A DNA stretch of 64,000 bases from Bdellovibrionales bacterium (GCA_965200875.1 OZ241456.1:224001-288000); one strand, 5' to 3'; positions 21,234-30,971 are shown, numbered from the stretch's first letter. Made by a program: numbers and translations. The notes: generated from the letters alone by a model not told the origin.

Positions 21234-21261
21234 TCAGGTTTTTGGAGCTTTCAGCCGACAA
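21234..21261 (+). promoter_or_regulatory. Putative sigma28 (FliA) promoter
   Basis: TCAGG-N15-GCCGACAA ending 9 nt before ATG 21271. Confidence 0.5.
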
Positions 21262-21270
21262 GTATAAAAT

Positions 21271-21735
21271 ATGAAAAAGTGGTCTTGGACAATTTTTTTA
21301 CTTATTTTCTTTGGCTTGAATGTTTTTTCTGTTGCCATTTTGTTTTCCCCCTCCTCTAGGAAATGGGTGAGGAGCCAGGTGGTATCCGAAAGACAACAGA
21401 TGTTGTCCAAGGTTTATGGGGATTTAATGCACAATGGTTCTTCTATAAAAGTGGTGAAGCTTAAGTCTATTACAGGTATTGTGTTGGAGTTTTATTCCTC
21501 GGCGGAAAATGGCATTCGTCATCTTGTGACTCGTGTTGAAATTCCAAACGCGCGGGATGGCTTTTTTGATCATCGCGGACAGGCTTTACAGCTGGCTGTG
21601 GTAGATCTGGATGGAGACGGCAAAATGGAGCTTTTATCCCCCACTTTTGATGAAAATCTGCTCGCTCAATTAAACCCCTATCATTATTCACCAGAATGGG
21701 ACGCCTTTGTGCCGTTTATCTTCTCTGATGACTAA
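21271..21735 (+). CDS. Membrane-anchored hypothetical protein with DxDGDG calcium-binding-like motif
   Basis: N-terminal TM; VDLDGDGKMELL. Confidence 0.7.
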   Translation: MKKWSWTIFLLIFFGLNVFSVAILFSPSSRKWVRSQVVSERQQMLSKVYGDLMHNGSSIKVVKLKSITGIVLEFYSSAENGIRHLVTRVEIPNARDGFFDHRGQALQLAVVDLDGDGKMELLSPTFDENLLAQLNPYHYSPEWDAFVPFIFSDD

Positions 21736-21739
21736 AAAA

Positions 21740-22108
21740 TCAGACAAGCTTGGGCCATAGCTCAAATAGGCATTCTCTCCAATATACAGGGCTTTCTTGA
21801 GAAAACTCCATATTCACTTCAAAGTTTCCTTGGCCTAAGTGCTTTGCACCAATAACTTTTCCCTCTATATCCATTTCCATATCAGGAATATATATATCAA
21901 TGTTCTTATGCCAGAGAGTATGTAAATCCCACTGAAACTTAAGAGAGTCCATTACCATATCCTGATAATTAAAGGTCAGGTTAAAGCCTTTTGGGCTTAC
22001 TTCAGAGACAAAAGCTTTTTTCACAATAAGACTTTCCTCCTGGGATAAAGCGATGGAAGTGGCTTTTACCCCTGTTGTTTTTTGTATTTCTTTTAGAGAG
22101 ATGTGCAT
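21740..22108 (-). CDS. Hypothetical protein, possibly degenerate PilZ-like
   Basis: EVSPKGF and beta-strand pattern reminiscent of PilZ; purine-rich RBS and sigma28-like promoter upstream. Confidence 0.55.
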   Translation of the reverse strand: MHISLKEIQKTTGVKATSIALSQEESLIVKKAFVSEVSPKGFNLTFNYQDMVMDSLKFQWDLHTLWHKNIDIYIPDMEMDIEGKVIGAKHLGQGNFEVNMEFSQESPVYWRECLFELWPKLV

Positions 22109-22128
22109 GATAATATTCCTTCCTTGCT

Positions 22129-22156
22129 AATGGTTCGAAAAAAATGGTTCGAAAAA
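22129..22156. repeat. Perfect 14-bp tandem duplication in 5' UTR
   Basis: aatggttcgaaaaa x2 (22129-22142, 22143-22156). Confidence 0.9.
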
Positions 22157-22191
22157 GCAGGTGTACTTTTTGTTTGTACTCTTATTGGTAA

Positions 22192-22218
22192 GTATCGGTT
22201 AAAGGACTAAAGTCTTTA
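22192..22218 (-). promoter_or_regulatory. Putative sigma28 (FliA) promoter
   Basis: Minus strand TAAA-N15-ACCGATAC. Confidence 0.6.
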
Positions 22219-22274
22219 ATATTTTTTTGGGAGCTTTATTTAAACACCTGAAACTGTATTTTGAATCCGGTTTT

Positions 22275-22865
22275 TTACTGAAAATGACCGCCCTTTAATA
22301 CCGTTAAAACCATTTTTAACAGGGTTTTAAGAGGTTCAAAGACTGTTTGTCCCTGTTCAGCGCATGCAGTGAAGTCAGGATGATTATAATGATTAAGGCT
22401 TGTGCGCATTTTCGTGACAGAATGAATATCCGGGAGATCTCTTTTGTTATACTGTATTACCATTGGGGTATTTTCCAGGGATACTCCGTCTTCGTTCAGA
22501 TATTTTTTCAGGTTTTCCATAGAGAGTTTGTTCTCCGGCAGTTTTTCTTTTTGGGAATCGGCTACAAAAACCACGCCATCCACCCCCTTTAGGAGTAGTT
22601 TTTGAGAGGTTTCAAACATGTCGCCGGCAGGAATGGTATAGAGGTGAAATCGGGTTTTGAATCCGCGAATGGAACCAATATCTAAAGGTAAAAAATCAAA
22701 AAAAACGCTCGGTTTTGTTTTTAAAGGGATGGAGAGTATATCTTCTTTTTGTTTCTGAGTGTTGCGACAGATCCATTTTATGTTGCTGGTTTTGCCGGCC
22801 CCGGGCGGACCATAGTAGATGATTTTGCAGTGAATTTCTTTGGAATTGTAATTAAAAAGTGACAT
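22275..22865 (-). CDS. mglA: MglA-family small GTPase (catalytic residues altered)
   Basis: KEIHCKIIYYGP..GKT, FFDFLPL, RGFKTRFHLYT, LKGVDGVVFVADSQ, QYNKRDLP. Confidence 0.93.
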   Translation of the reverse strand: MSLFNYNSKEIHCKIIYYGPPGAGKTSNIKWICRNTQKQKEDILSIPLKTKPSVFFDFLPLDIGSIRGFKTRFHLYTIPAGDMFETSQKLLLKGVDGVVFVADSQKEKLPENKLSMENLKKYLNEDGVSLENTPMVIQYNKRDLPDIHSVTKMRTSLNHYNHPDFTACAEQGQTVFEPLKTLLKMVLTVLKGGHFQ

Positions 22866-22888
22866 TCAGTTTCTTTCTTGTTCGGGCC

Positions 22889-23503
22889 TTATGTAAGCAG
22901 ATCCACTCTGTTTTCCAGAGCGCGCCCTAGGGTTTGTTCATCAATATAATCAATATCTCCGCCAAAGGGAATACCATGAGCTAGGCGTGAGAGTTTAATG
23001 TGTTTATCTTTCATTAATTTTCCAATATATAAAGTGGTTATATCTCCTTCCATATCTGCATCTAAAGCTAAAATAATTTCCTTTATTTGTTTTTTCTCAA
23101 TGGTTTTCATAAGAGAATGGAAAGTTAAATCGTCAGGGGTGATATTATTTAATGGGGAAAGAGCACCGTGCAAAACATGATACTGCCCTTTGAATTTTCC
23201 AGAGGCTTCAATATGTGCAATGTCGAAAGGTTCCTCCACGACACAGACCTGATCTTTTCTTCGAGCCGGGTCAGTACACAAATAGCAGAGTTTTTCCTCT
23301 TCTGTTAAAGTGAGACAACCAGGACATCTTTTGATATTGGTTTTTATGTCTTTTAAAGCCTGCCTGAGTTGTTGAATTTCTTTTTCAGGGACTTTTAAAA
23401 GCCAGCCAGCTAAGCGGTTGGCACTTTTGGGACCAATCCCCGGCCATTTCTTTAATTCATGGATGAGGCGATCTAAAGAGGGAACATGGTGTTTGTTTAT
23501 CAT
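22889..23503 (-). CDS. recR: Recombination mediator RecR
   Basis: PGIGPKSA.R HhH, C4 zinc finger, VVEE, YHVLHG.LSP, EG..T Toprim. Confidence 0.96.
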   Translation of the reverse strand: MINKHHVPSLDRLIHELKKWPGIGPKSANRLAGWLLKVPEKEIQQLRQALKDIKTNIKRCPGCLTLTEEEKLCYLCTDPARRKDQVCVVEEPFDIAHIEASGKFKGQYHVLHGALSPLNNITPDDLTFHSLMKTIEKKQIKEIILALDADMEGDITTLYIGKLMKDKHIKLSRLAHGIPFGGDIDYIDEQTLGRALENRVDLLT

Positions 23504-23581
23504 AGTGAAAGGACCTTTTAAAGCTCTTATTTTTTTATGGTTTTAACACTTTGTCAATTTTTAGTGCTTTGTTGTATGAAA

Positions 23582-25108
23582 TTAACAGTCTTTGGTATCT
23601 AAAATATCTGCGTCGAAGGCTTTTTGAACTTCCCGGATGAAGGGGTGTTTTTGAATATTTATGTTTTGGTTTTCATCGGGTTTTAGAGAGTGATTTCCAA
23701 AGTTTAGGTTTATTTTGCTTTGTGTGGGAGAAGGAAGGAGAGCCTTTTCTGGTATGTTTTTTTCCGCTGTATCTTTTTTATCCGGGTTTTTGAGCAAGGT
23801 TTCATTGGTTTTTTCCAGCTTGTTTCTTTCTGTTTCATTTTTGTCATCAGGTTTTTTGAGCGAGGTTTGCATGGTTTTTTCCATTCCTTTTGCCAATTCT
23901 GCTTTTAGAGGTTTTTGGGGATGCAGAGTTTTAAAATCTTTTTCCGGGCTAGATTTTACAGGGTTTGGTGGGTCTTCTTTTTTGGGGCTCCCTATTCCGC
24001 CAAAAAGCTGTTCTATATAAGGGGCTTGGCTCATTTTCAGCAAAAGCATTTCCAAAAAAATTTTTGAGTCTTCTGTGCGACCTATATCCCAAGAACCTTT
24101 TAAGCTCATATCTAAAAGCAAATGTATATCTTCTGAGGAATGAGATTCAGCCCATTTTGAAAGTTTTGTTTTTTCTTCCTGAGAGAGAGGCACCAAGTGC
24201 TTTAGGGAGTCAGCCGGGGAAAGCTTTAACAAAAGTAGATGTCTAAGCTCTTTTATCAGGCTTTGTAAAAACCCTGCTGGTTCACTCCCCTTTACCTGAA
24301 GTTGCCCCAGGATCTTTAGTATATCATTTGGCTTTCTTTTCAGGAGGCTTTTTAGGGTTTCTAAGAGCAAAGAGCGATCAGTTAGCCCCAATATTTCGCT
24401 CACATCTTGCGCGTTAAATTTCTTATGGCAAAATGTGATCATTTGATCCAAAAGCCCTTGAGCATCCCTAAGAGAGCCTTCAGCAGCTTCTGCCAATATC
24501 CAAAGAGTGCTATCTTCTGTTTGTGCTTTTTCTGCTTGACAGATTTTTTTCAGCTGCTCATAAATTATGTCATCACCAATTTGGCGAAACTGCAAGATTT
24601 GGCAACGAGATAAAATGGTGGAGGGGATCTTTCTCATTTCTGTAGTGGCCATAATAAAAACGGCGTGTGTAGGAGGTTCCTCCAGAGTCTTTAGTAGGGC
24701 GTTGAAAGCACTTATGGAGAGCATGTGCACTTCATCAATAATATATATTTTGTAGCGACCAGAGGGGAGATAGGTAATGGTTTCCTTTAATTGTCTTATG
24801 GCTTCCACTCCATTATTGCTTGCGCCGTCAATCTCCATGACATCCAGTGAGCGACTTTCATCTATGTCTTGGCAGGTTTTGCAACTATTGCAGGGAGTGA
24901 GGTTTTTTAAGTTTGGGCAGGAAAGGTTTTTGGCTAAAATACGGGCGGTGGAGGTTTTGCCGGTTCCTCGAGGTCCTGCGAAGATAAGAGCGGGGTGCAG
25001 ACGGTTTTCTTTTAAACTGTTTTTAAGAATCCGCACTACAGAGGGTTGCCCAACAAGGTCTTTAAGGATCGCGGGTCTCCATTTTCGGGCTAACACCTGA
25101 TAAGACAT
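23582..25108 (-). CDS. dnaX: DNA polymerase III subunit gamma/tau
   Basis: MSYQVLARKWRP (ATG 25108), GPRGTGKT, EIDGASN, IIDEVHMLS..AFNALLKTLEEPP, SRC. Confidence 0.96.
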   Translation of the reverse strand: MSYQVLARKWRPAILKDLVGQPSVVRILKNSLKENRLHPALIFAGPRGTGKTSTARILAKNLSCPNLKNLTPCNSCKTCQDIDESRSLDVMEIDGASNNGVEAIRQLKETITYLPSGRYKIYIIDEVHMLSISAFNALLKTLEEPPTHAVFIMATTEMRKIPSTILSRCQILQFRQIGDDIIYEQLKKICQAEKAQTEDSTLWILAEAAEGSLRDAQGLLDQMITFCHKKFNAQDVSEILGLTDRSLLLETLKSLLKRKPNDILKILGQLQVKGSEPAGFLQSLIKELRHLLLLKLSPADSLKHLVPLSQEEKTKLSKWAESHSSEDIHLLLDMSLKGSWDIGRTEDSKIFLEMLLLKMSQAPYIEQLFGGIGSPKKEDPPNPVKSSPEKDFKTLHPQKPLKAELAKGMEKTMQTSLKKPDDKNETERNKLEKTNETLLKNPDKKDTAEKNIPEKALLPSPTQSKINLNFGNHSLKPDENQNINIQKHPFIREVQKAFDADILDTKDC

Positions 25109-25381
25109 AAACACCTCTTTTTTAATACTGTACAAAGGTATATTTATGAAAAAAAAACTCATAAAACAAGGCTATTGTGTTGTAAGGCTTGTTTTTTTTA
25201 TTGTAAAGAAAATTATGGAACAAATTTCTCTGTTTTCTCTTTTCCCCAAGCCAGAAAAAAAATTTTCAGGCCCTGCCTTCCTCTTTTGTGTATAAGGGCT
25301 TGCCGGTGGTTTTAAATCGAAGGCCGTATCAAAGATCTCTTAAGTTATATGTAAAAACAAAGGACTCGATCATACTCCCAT

Positions 25382-25414
25382 AACAATCAGTTATGTCTGA
25401 TATAACAGATTGTT
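25382..25414. promoter_or_regulatory. 33-bp near-perfect palindrome (operator-like)
   Basis: aacaatcagttatgtc-t-gatataacagattgtt; 14 of 16 arm positions complementary; lies between divergent dnaX and LRR gene. Confidence 0.55.
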
Positions 25415-25547
25415 TGTTTACCCCTATTATGTGTAAAATGTTCATACTTTTTCGAGTATTATGCCGTTTTTGCTTTCTTAAGGAAATATATCTTTGCTTT
25501 TTATTTCTTCTTTCCTTATAAAAAAAGATTCTTTTAGGAGGTGTTGA

Positions 25548-27170
25548 ATCTTTAAAATAATAATTATTTTAATCTTAATTTTAAGCGTGGGATGTCGTAA
25601 GAAAGACACCCCTCCTCTTACTGTTTCCGGTGAGGAAGGGAAAGAGGGTTCTTTGGTTAGCGGAAACACCCCGCCTGCTCCTTTAGGAGAAGATTCTGAT
25701 TCTAACGGGGTTCTTCCTGTCAATGTTCCTGAAGAACAAAAAAGCGAGGATGATAAGGCTTTTCCACCTTCTGAGTTTTCTTTGGCAGAGGTTTCAATGT
25801 TGGACTCATCAGGAGGTAAAAAAGATACTAAAAACTTACTTGCAGATTCTGCAAAACCTCCTGAAACAAAAGCTCCTCTGAGTGAGTCAGTATCTTCAGA
25901 ATCAGCTTTTGATTTCTTTCAGTTTTTTAATGTATGCGCATTTCCACGCAGTTTGCGGGATGCGTTGGAACAGGAATTAAAAATAGATTGTGCGGATATG
26001 ACTGTAGAACATATATCACAGGTGACCCGGCTCTCTTTAAGAAATATTGATGAAGAGCAAACCCGCTTGCTTAGTCAAAAGTACACAGATTTTTTTCCGG
26101 TGCTTTATGATCTGGATATATCTAATAATCCTGATATGCAGGATATTCCTGAGTTTGCCCTTAACATTTACGATTTAAAAAAGCTTGATATCTCTAGGAC
26201 CGGCATAAGCGAGTTTCATGAAAGTATATGTAACTTGGATCTTACCACTTTAATAGGTAGCCACAATAACTATAAAGGCCACGAAGTACCCTTTGAAACT
26301 TTTTGTCTTTTTAGTTTAAAAGTATTGGATATGTCTTACAGCAATATTCTCTATGTCGATCAATATATTGGAAAACTTTCTCACTTGGAAGAACTTTATA
26401 TGTCCGGGAACAATCTGGTTTACACTCCCCGCGTGTTTAAACTTCCTCATTTGATGTTGGTGGACTTTGATAATGCAGATTTAAGCAGGAATTGTAAAGC
26501 TGAAGAGGAGAAAAAAGAATGCCAAGAAGATTTGTTAAGTGATGTTCGTAGTTCTTATAAAGCTGATGGTTTCTTGGAACTGGATTTTCCAAGAGGTGAG
26601 CCTTTGCGGGGAATGTACATAAATTTAGCCCGCCAGAGTGAAGAGCTTATGAGGCAATGTGAAGAAGAGGATAGTGATAAATATTGCCCCAATTTTATTA
26701 CAGAATGCAAAGATTCTCCAGAAAACGACAAAGCCCAGTGTATGTTGGATGTTTTTGAAGACTTAAGAGCGATGGATAAACACAAGATCTTTAGAGATAA
26801 GTGTTATACTACATGGGTGGGTTATCTTGTGGATAACAACTCGCCTGAATTTTTAAATAAAACAATCCGGGGAATAACAATCAGAGAATTAAAATATCTC
26901 ATTGAAAACCGGGAACCTTTTTGGTCTCTTTATTGGTTACGGTTGCCGTGGAAAGGGAAGAGCATATTGTTCGGATTGATTGATTTAGCTCCTGAAAAAT
27001 TTCCACCACAAGAGTGGGAGGTTGAGCAAGAGTACTACCGGGAAAGTGGGCCAGCTTCTGCTATAAAAGCTTTTTTTGCATTCGATCGCTATTGGTGGGT
27101 TCCAGAGGACTGTCCTCATTTGCCATCAGATTTAAGAGATCGAATAGAAGAAATTGATAATAGAAATTAA
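25548..27170 (+). CDS. Leucine-rich-repeat lipoprotein
   Basis: LRR units (LDISNN, LDISRT, LDMSYS, LYMSGNNL), Cys-rich C-terminal half; the lipoprotein signal lies upstream of the ORF-track GTG (25587) and begins at ATC 25548. Confidence 0.8.
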   Translation: MFKIIIILILILSVGCRKKDTPPLTVSGEEGKEGSLVSGNTPPAPLGEDSDSNGVLPVNVPEEQKSEDDKAFPPSEFSLAEVSMLDSSGGKKDTKNLLADSAKPPETKAPLSESVSSESAFDFFQFFNVCAFPRSLRDALEQELKIDCADMTVEHISQVTRLSLRNIDEEQTRLLSQKYTDFFPVLYDLDISNNPDMQDIPEFALNIYDLKKLDISRTGISEFHESICNLDLTTLIGSHNNYKGHEVPFETFCLFSLKVLDMSYSNILYVDQYIGKLSHLEELYMSGNNLVYTPRVFKLPHLMLVDFDNADLSRNCKAEEEKKECQEDLLSDVRSSYKADGFLELDFPRGEPLRGMYINLARQSEELMRQCEEEDSDKYCPNFITECKDSPENDKAQCMLDVFEDLRAMDKHKIFRDKCYTTWVGYLVDNNSPEFLNKTIRGITIRELKYLIENREPFWSLYWLRLPWKGKSILFGLIDLAPEKFPPQEWEVEQEYYRESGPASAIKAFFAFDRYWWVPEDCPHLPSDLRDRIEEIDNRN

Positions 27171-27190
27171 ATGAAAGAGGATAGTAAAAA

Positions 27191-30100
27191 ATGATAAAAC
27201 ACATAATAAAAACAGGATTCAGATTTACTCTTTCCTTATCTTTGGTTTTGGTGCCTTCTTTATCATACCCACAAGTTTCTGGCCATCCTGTTCCTGATCC
27301 TTCTGCCATTCAGAAACTTTTGGATAGTCTTAAAGCGGAGTCTCAGGGAAAAGATATTTCTCCTGAAGTTCAGGAGGCATCTCGTATTCTTGAAGAAATG
27401 GAAGAGGCTTTTCAAGAAAATCGTTTATCAGAATATATAGACTCCAAACCAAGTTTAAAGGAAAAATTTGATGTACTTTCCCTTGGAAATCAGGAAGTGA
27501 AAATCCTAGATTATAAAGAGGATATCAAACGTAAGGTTTATTTCGATACAAGTAATAATGACTTTTTTTCTTATAAGAGAAAGATTTTAAATATTGATGT
27601 GGAGTTTAATGAAGAGGGGAAGTTGGTGTTTAAAGGAGTGGTTGTTTCAGGGGATAAAAAAGAGCCTAGTCTGATCAGAAGGGGCATTGCTTGGCTTAAA
27701 AGATTGGTTGTTTCAGAGGATAAAACTCCGGAAAATTCAAAGGATAAAACTCCAGGAAGGAGAATTGGCCTCGTTCACACTTTTAATGATGTGGAAAAAA
27801 AAGATGTTATCTCTTGGGATTATGATAAAGAGTTTTTGGTTCTTCTGCATAAGAAAAGAGGTCTTGTTTTATATAATACGATAATAGCTCGCGAGTTCTT
27901 GTTGGGATCCGCGCCAATTCCATCTATTAGTCTTCTAGGTTCCAAGGCTCTTTTAAATCTGCTGAAAAATGAGGAAAATATAAAACTGGAGTTTATACAT
28001 AGAGCCGTATCTCCTCCGCTTTTTTCAGGGTTGGAGGAAGAAAGAGCTAGGGATAAGGGTTTTCAGGTGAATTTAGATGGAAAGCCTATATTTACTGCCG
28101 GGGATTTATTGGTTTCTCGTACAGATTCTGAAGGTAAAAAGCATATAGTGAAGCTTATATCCCGGAAAGATGTTACTATTGCTAAAGTCAATATGTATCA
28201 GGTATTATACCATTTAGTTCAGATTAAAAATCTAAATACTAACGAAATGCACAATCCTTCTCTTTTTCAGCATTTTAAAACAATCCTCTCAGCAACTTTT
28301 CATAGAAAACCTATCGGTTTTTTTAGTAAATTCGCAGAGGAGAAAATTTTAGAGCATATACGGATGTTTTTAGTTTATAGAATTCAAGAGAAAGATAGGG
28401 ATGTATTTACACTGGAAGAGTGGAGGAATAACTGGCAAATGATAGAGGCTGATCTAAACCCTCGTAAATTAGTTGATAGATCAAGAAATGAGGGGAATAT
28501 GCCTTCATTCGAGGAGATTGCAAAAAAAATAAATCCGGAAGATTTATCCGTTTTCGAAAGCGAAAAACAATCTCGACTTAAAAAGGTTTTGGAAAGGTAC
28601 ATACCTCCTGCTTTGTTTGAATATTTTAAAAACAATCAATTTTGGCCAGAACATGGAATAAAAGTCCTGACTGGGGCGGTTTTTTTTGTGTGGATTACTA
28701 TGGAGGGCTTATTTGATCGACCAAGGCTTGACTGGAATTCAAATTATGCGCAGAGTGTCGCTCAGCATCTTGTTCTTTTAGGGGGGGTTCTTTTGTTTGC
28801 TACTTATGTATTCGCTGCGTACAGTATATCGTTTACAAAGATTATTAAGCCCATTGTTGGTTTGTTTTCAGGAGAGGCAAAACTTTCACTGGAGCAATTT
28901 ATTGAGAAATGGGATAAAAAAAACACACCAGAGAGACTAACGAGTTTTGGATTTCGGATAGCAAGTCTCTTTCTTCCGATTTTTGACACTATATCTAGAG
29001 TTTTTGGCGGAAAGAATTTTTATGAGGCTTTAAGGCATGGAATTAATCCTTTGCAAAAAATAACTCCTGAATCTCGTTTGGGAAAAGATTTCGCACTTAA
29101 TAAGCCTTTGCGTGTTGGGGGTGGGTGGCCCAGCTACAGAGGATCAGCTTTCAAAAAAAGAGAACAGATGATTCCGGCCTTAAAGGAAACGAAGAGCCGA
29201 GTGGAGGGTTTATCGCTCTTAATGACTTACTATGCTCTTTCCGGTAAATCAAATTTTGATCTTACGAGATTGCTGACGGGTCCTGAAACAGTGAGGGGGG
29301 GTATCATCATAGATTATTATATGGAAGAAGTCGTCGAGAATAAGGAAAAAAAGGATAAGAAAAGAAGCGTACTGGAAGTGCTTTGGGTGTCTCAAAAGCT
29401 AAGCAAGTATATTTTGAAATCGAATATCGATACAACTCGTCCTCTATACGACTGGGATGTTGCAATGATAGAAAATGATTTTTATCAAAAAGCCTTGGAT
29501 CTGGCTTCAAAAGTAAAACCTTTATCATTGGTTGATTTAAACATACTGTTTAAGGTTCCGGAAAAGTTTGCAGAGTATGGTAGAGGTGTTTTAAACTGGA
29601 ATACAGAAAAAGCGAAAATATTAAAGTCTATTTTACCTGCAAAGCCAATAGTAGACCAATATTGGAGTGGACTGATTATGGATCATTTGCTGATGGTGCT
29701 GGCTACATTAACAAGTGGGACTCCCCGTGGAGAAGCTTTTTATGGAAATATGAGTGGAAAAGCCGTTGATCGTTTTAATGTTACTCAATCAAGTGCTGAG
29801 CATTTGAATGAGGTGAATGTTAATATTTTACTGCACACTGCTTTAAGTGCGAGGCAACAATTACAATATCTTTATGATGGAAAATATGAAAGACTGAGAA
29901 CTTTATATAAGTCTTTAGATCAATTATATAAACCTTTTTTAACAGAATATTTCCGTCCTACGAATAATAAAGCCAAGTTCTGGTCATATTTTAAGGATTG
30001 GTTCTCTTTTCCCGTTCACTGGGGACACAGGATATATGAGGGTGATGATACACGAGAAGAGCGAGTGGATGCGGGAATACAGGCTCATAAGTTTGTAAAA

Positions 30101-30952
30101 GGAGCTTTGGGTTTTTGGATGATGACAATTCCTCTTATGCTTATTGCAAGGGTGTCTTTGACGCCTGAATATTCTTTTTGGTCTAATTTTAAAGGTGTGC
30201 TCTATTTTGTAAGTATGGGATTTTTCCTTTTTGCATTACCTCAAGTATGGGCAATATGGCATAACTCCATGTATAACAAAAAAGCAGAAGAGAGAAAAGC
30301 TCTTATAGACCACATAAAATTTGTCTTGGACAGAATGGAAAAAAGAAATTATACATCTGTTTCCTACCTGAATGAAGATTATAAAAAAGCTATCTTGGGT
30401 TTTAAAAAACTTTACGATTCTTCTAAAAAGTTTCGAAAAGAGATATCTTCAAAAATCAATACTCTTGATCCAAGACTTAAAGAATTAATATTGCAAGCTG
30501 ATTTTAGAGGAAGGGAATCACTGGAGATTATGGAGAGTGAATTGCGGGAAATTATTGAGTCTCAAACTATGGAGGAAAAAGTGAGACAAATGAAAGTTAT
30601 TCGTCCACTTTTAGATACAGCACACTTGCCTACAGAAGCAAACAAACTAGCATATGATTCTATTTTACTCCTTACTCTTGGAGTGTTCAGCAATCTGGCT
30701 TTTGTATATGCATCTGAGAAAAGCTTTGCGACTCTTCGTTTGAAAGCTGTTGTGTTATGGATTGCGCTATTTTATGGTTTCGGAAAGGTAGCCAATTTCT
30801 TGGGTGAATATAGTCTTCGCGATCACCGGAGAGGACAGAGTATCAAGCCCTTAAGAAAAAAAGCTGAAAACGTTGGAAGAATAATAAGAGAACCCGTCGC
30901 GACTATTAAGCGATGTGTGTCAGCGTTTAAGAGAAACCAGCGCGAAGAATAA
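27191..30952 (+). CDS. Large exported/membrane hypothetical protein (1253 aa)
   Basis: Long open frame, signal peptide, several hydrophobic segments in the C-terminal two-thirds; no family recognised. Confidence 0.8.
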   Translation: MIKHIIKTGFRFTLSLSLVLVPSLSYPQVSGHPVPDPSAIQKLLDSLKAESQGKDISPEVQEASRILEEMEEAFQENRLSEYIDSKPSLKEKFDVLSLGNQEVKILDYKEDIKRKVYFDTSNNDFFSYKRKILNIDVEFNEEGKLVFKGVVVSGDKKEPSLIRRGIAWLKRLVVSEDKTPENSKDKTPGRRIGLVHTFNDVEKKDVISWDYDKEFLVLLHKKRGLVLYNTIIAREFLLGSAPIPSISLLGSKALLNLLKNEENIKLEFIHRAVSPPLFSGLEEERARDKGFQVNLDGKPIFTAGDLLVSRTDSEGKKHIVKLISRKDVTIAKVNMYQVLYHLVQIKNLNTNEMHNPSLFQHFKTILSATFHRKPIGFFSKFAEEKILEHIRMFLVYRIQEKDRDVFTLEEWRNNWQMIEADLNPRKLVDRSRNEGNMPSFEEIAKKINPEDLSVFESEKQSRLKKVLERYIPPALFEYFKNNQFWPEHGIKVLTGAVFFVWITMEGLFDRPRLDWNSNYAQSVAQHLVLLGGVLLFATYVFAAYSISFTKIIKPIVGLFSGEAKLSLEQFIEKWDKKNTPERLTSFGFRIASLFLPIFDTISRVFGGKNFYEALRHGINPLQKITPESRLGKDFALNKPLRVGGGWPSYRGSAFKKREQMIPALKETKSRVEGLSLLMTYYALSGKSNFDLTRLLTGPETVRGGIIIDYYMEEVVENKEKKDKKRSVLEVLWVSQKLSKYILKSNIDTTRPLYDWDVAMIENDFYQKALDLASKVKPLSLVDLNILFKVPEKFAEYGRGVLNWNTEKAKILKSILPAKPIVDQYWSGLIMDHLLMVLATLTSGTPRGEAFYGNMSGKAVDRFNVTQSSAEHLNEVNVNILLHTALSARQQLQYLYDGKYERLRTLYKSLDQLYKPFLTEYFRPTNNKAKFWSYFKDWFSFPVHWGHRIYEGDDTREERVDAGIQAHKFVKGALGFWMMTIPLMLIARVSLTPEYSFWSNFKGVLYFVSMGFFLFALPQVWAIWHNSMYNKKAEERKALIDHIKFVLDRMEKRNYTSVSYLNEDYKKAILGFKKLYDSSKKFRKEISSKINTLDPRLKELILQADFRGRESLEIMESELREIIESQTMEEKVRQMKVIRPLLDTAHLPTEANKLAYDSILLLTLGVFSNLAFVYASEKSFATLRLKAVVLWIALFYGFGKVANFLGEYSLRDHRRGQSIKPLRKKAENVGRIIREPVATIKRCVSAFKRNQREE

Positions 30953-30971
30953 GCGATGTATGTCAGCTTTT
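30907..30971 (+). repeat. 22-bp direct repeat spanning the stop of the 1253-aa gene
   Basis: taagcgatgtgtgtcagcgttt (30907-30928) vs taagcgatgtatgtcagctttt (30950-30971), 2 mismatches. Confidence 0.85.
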
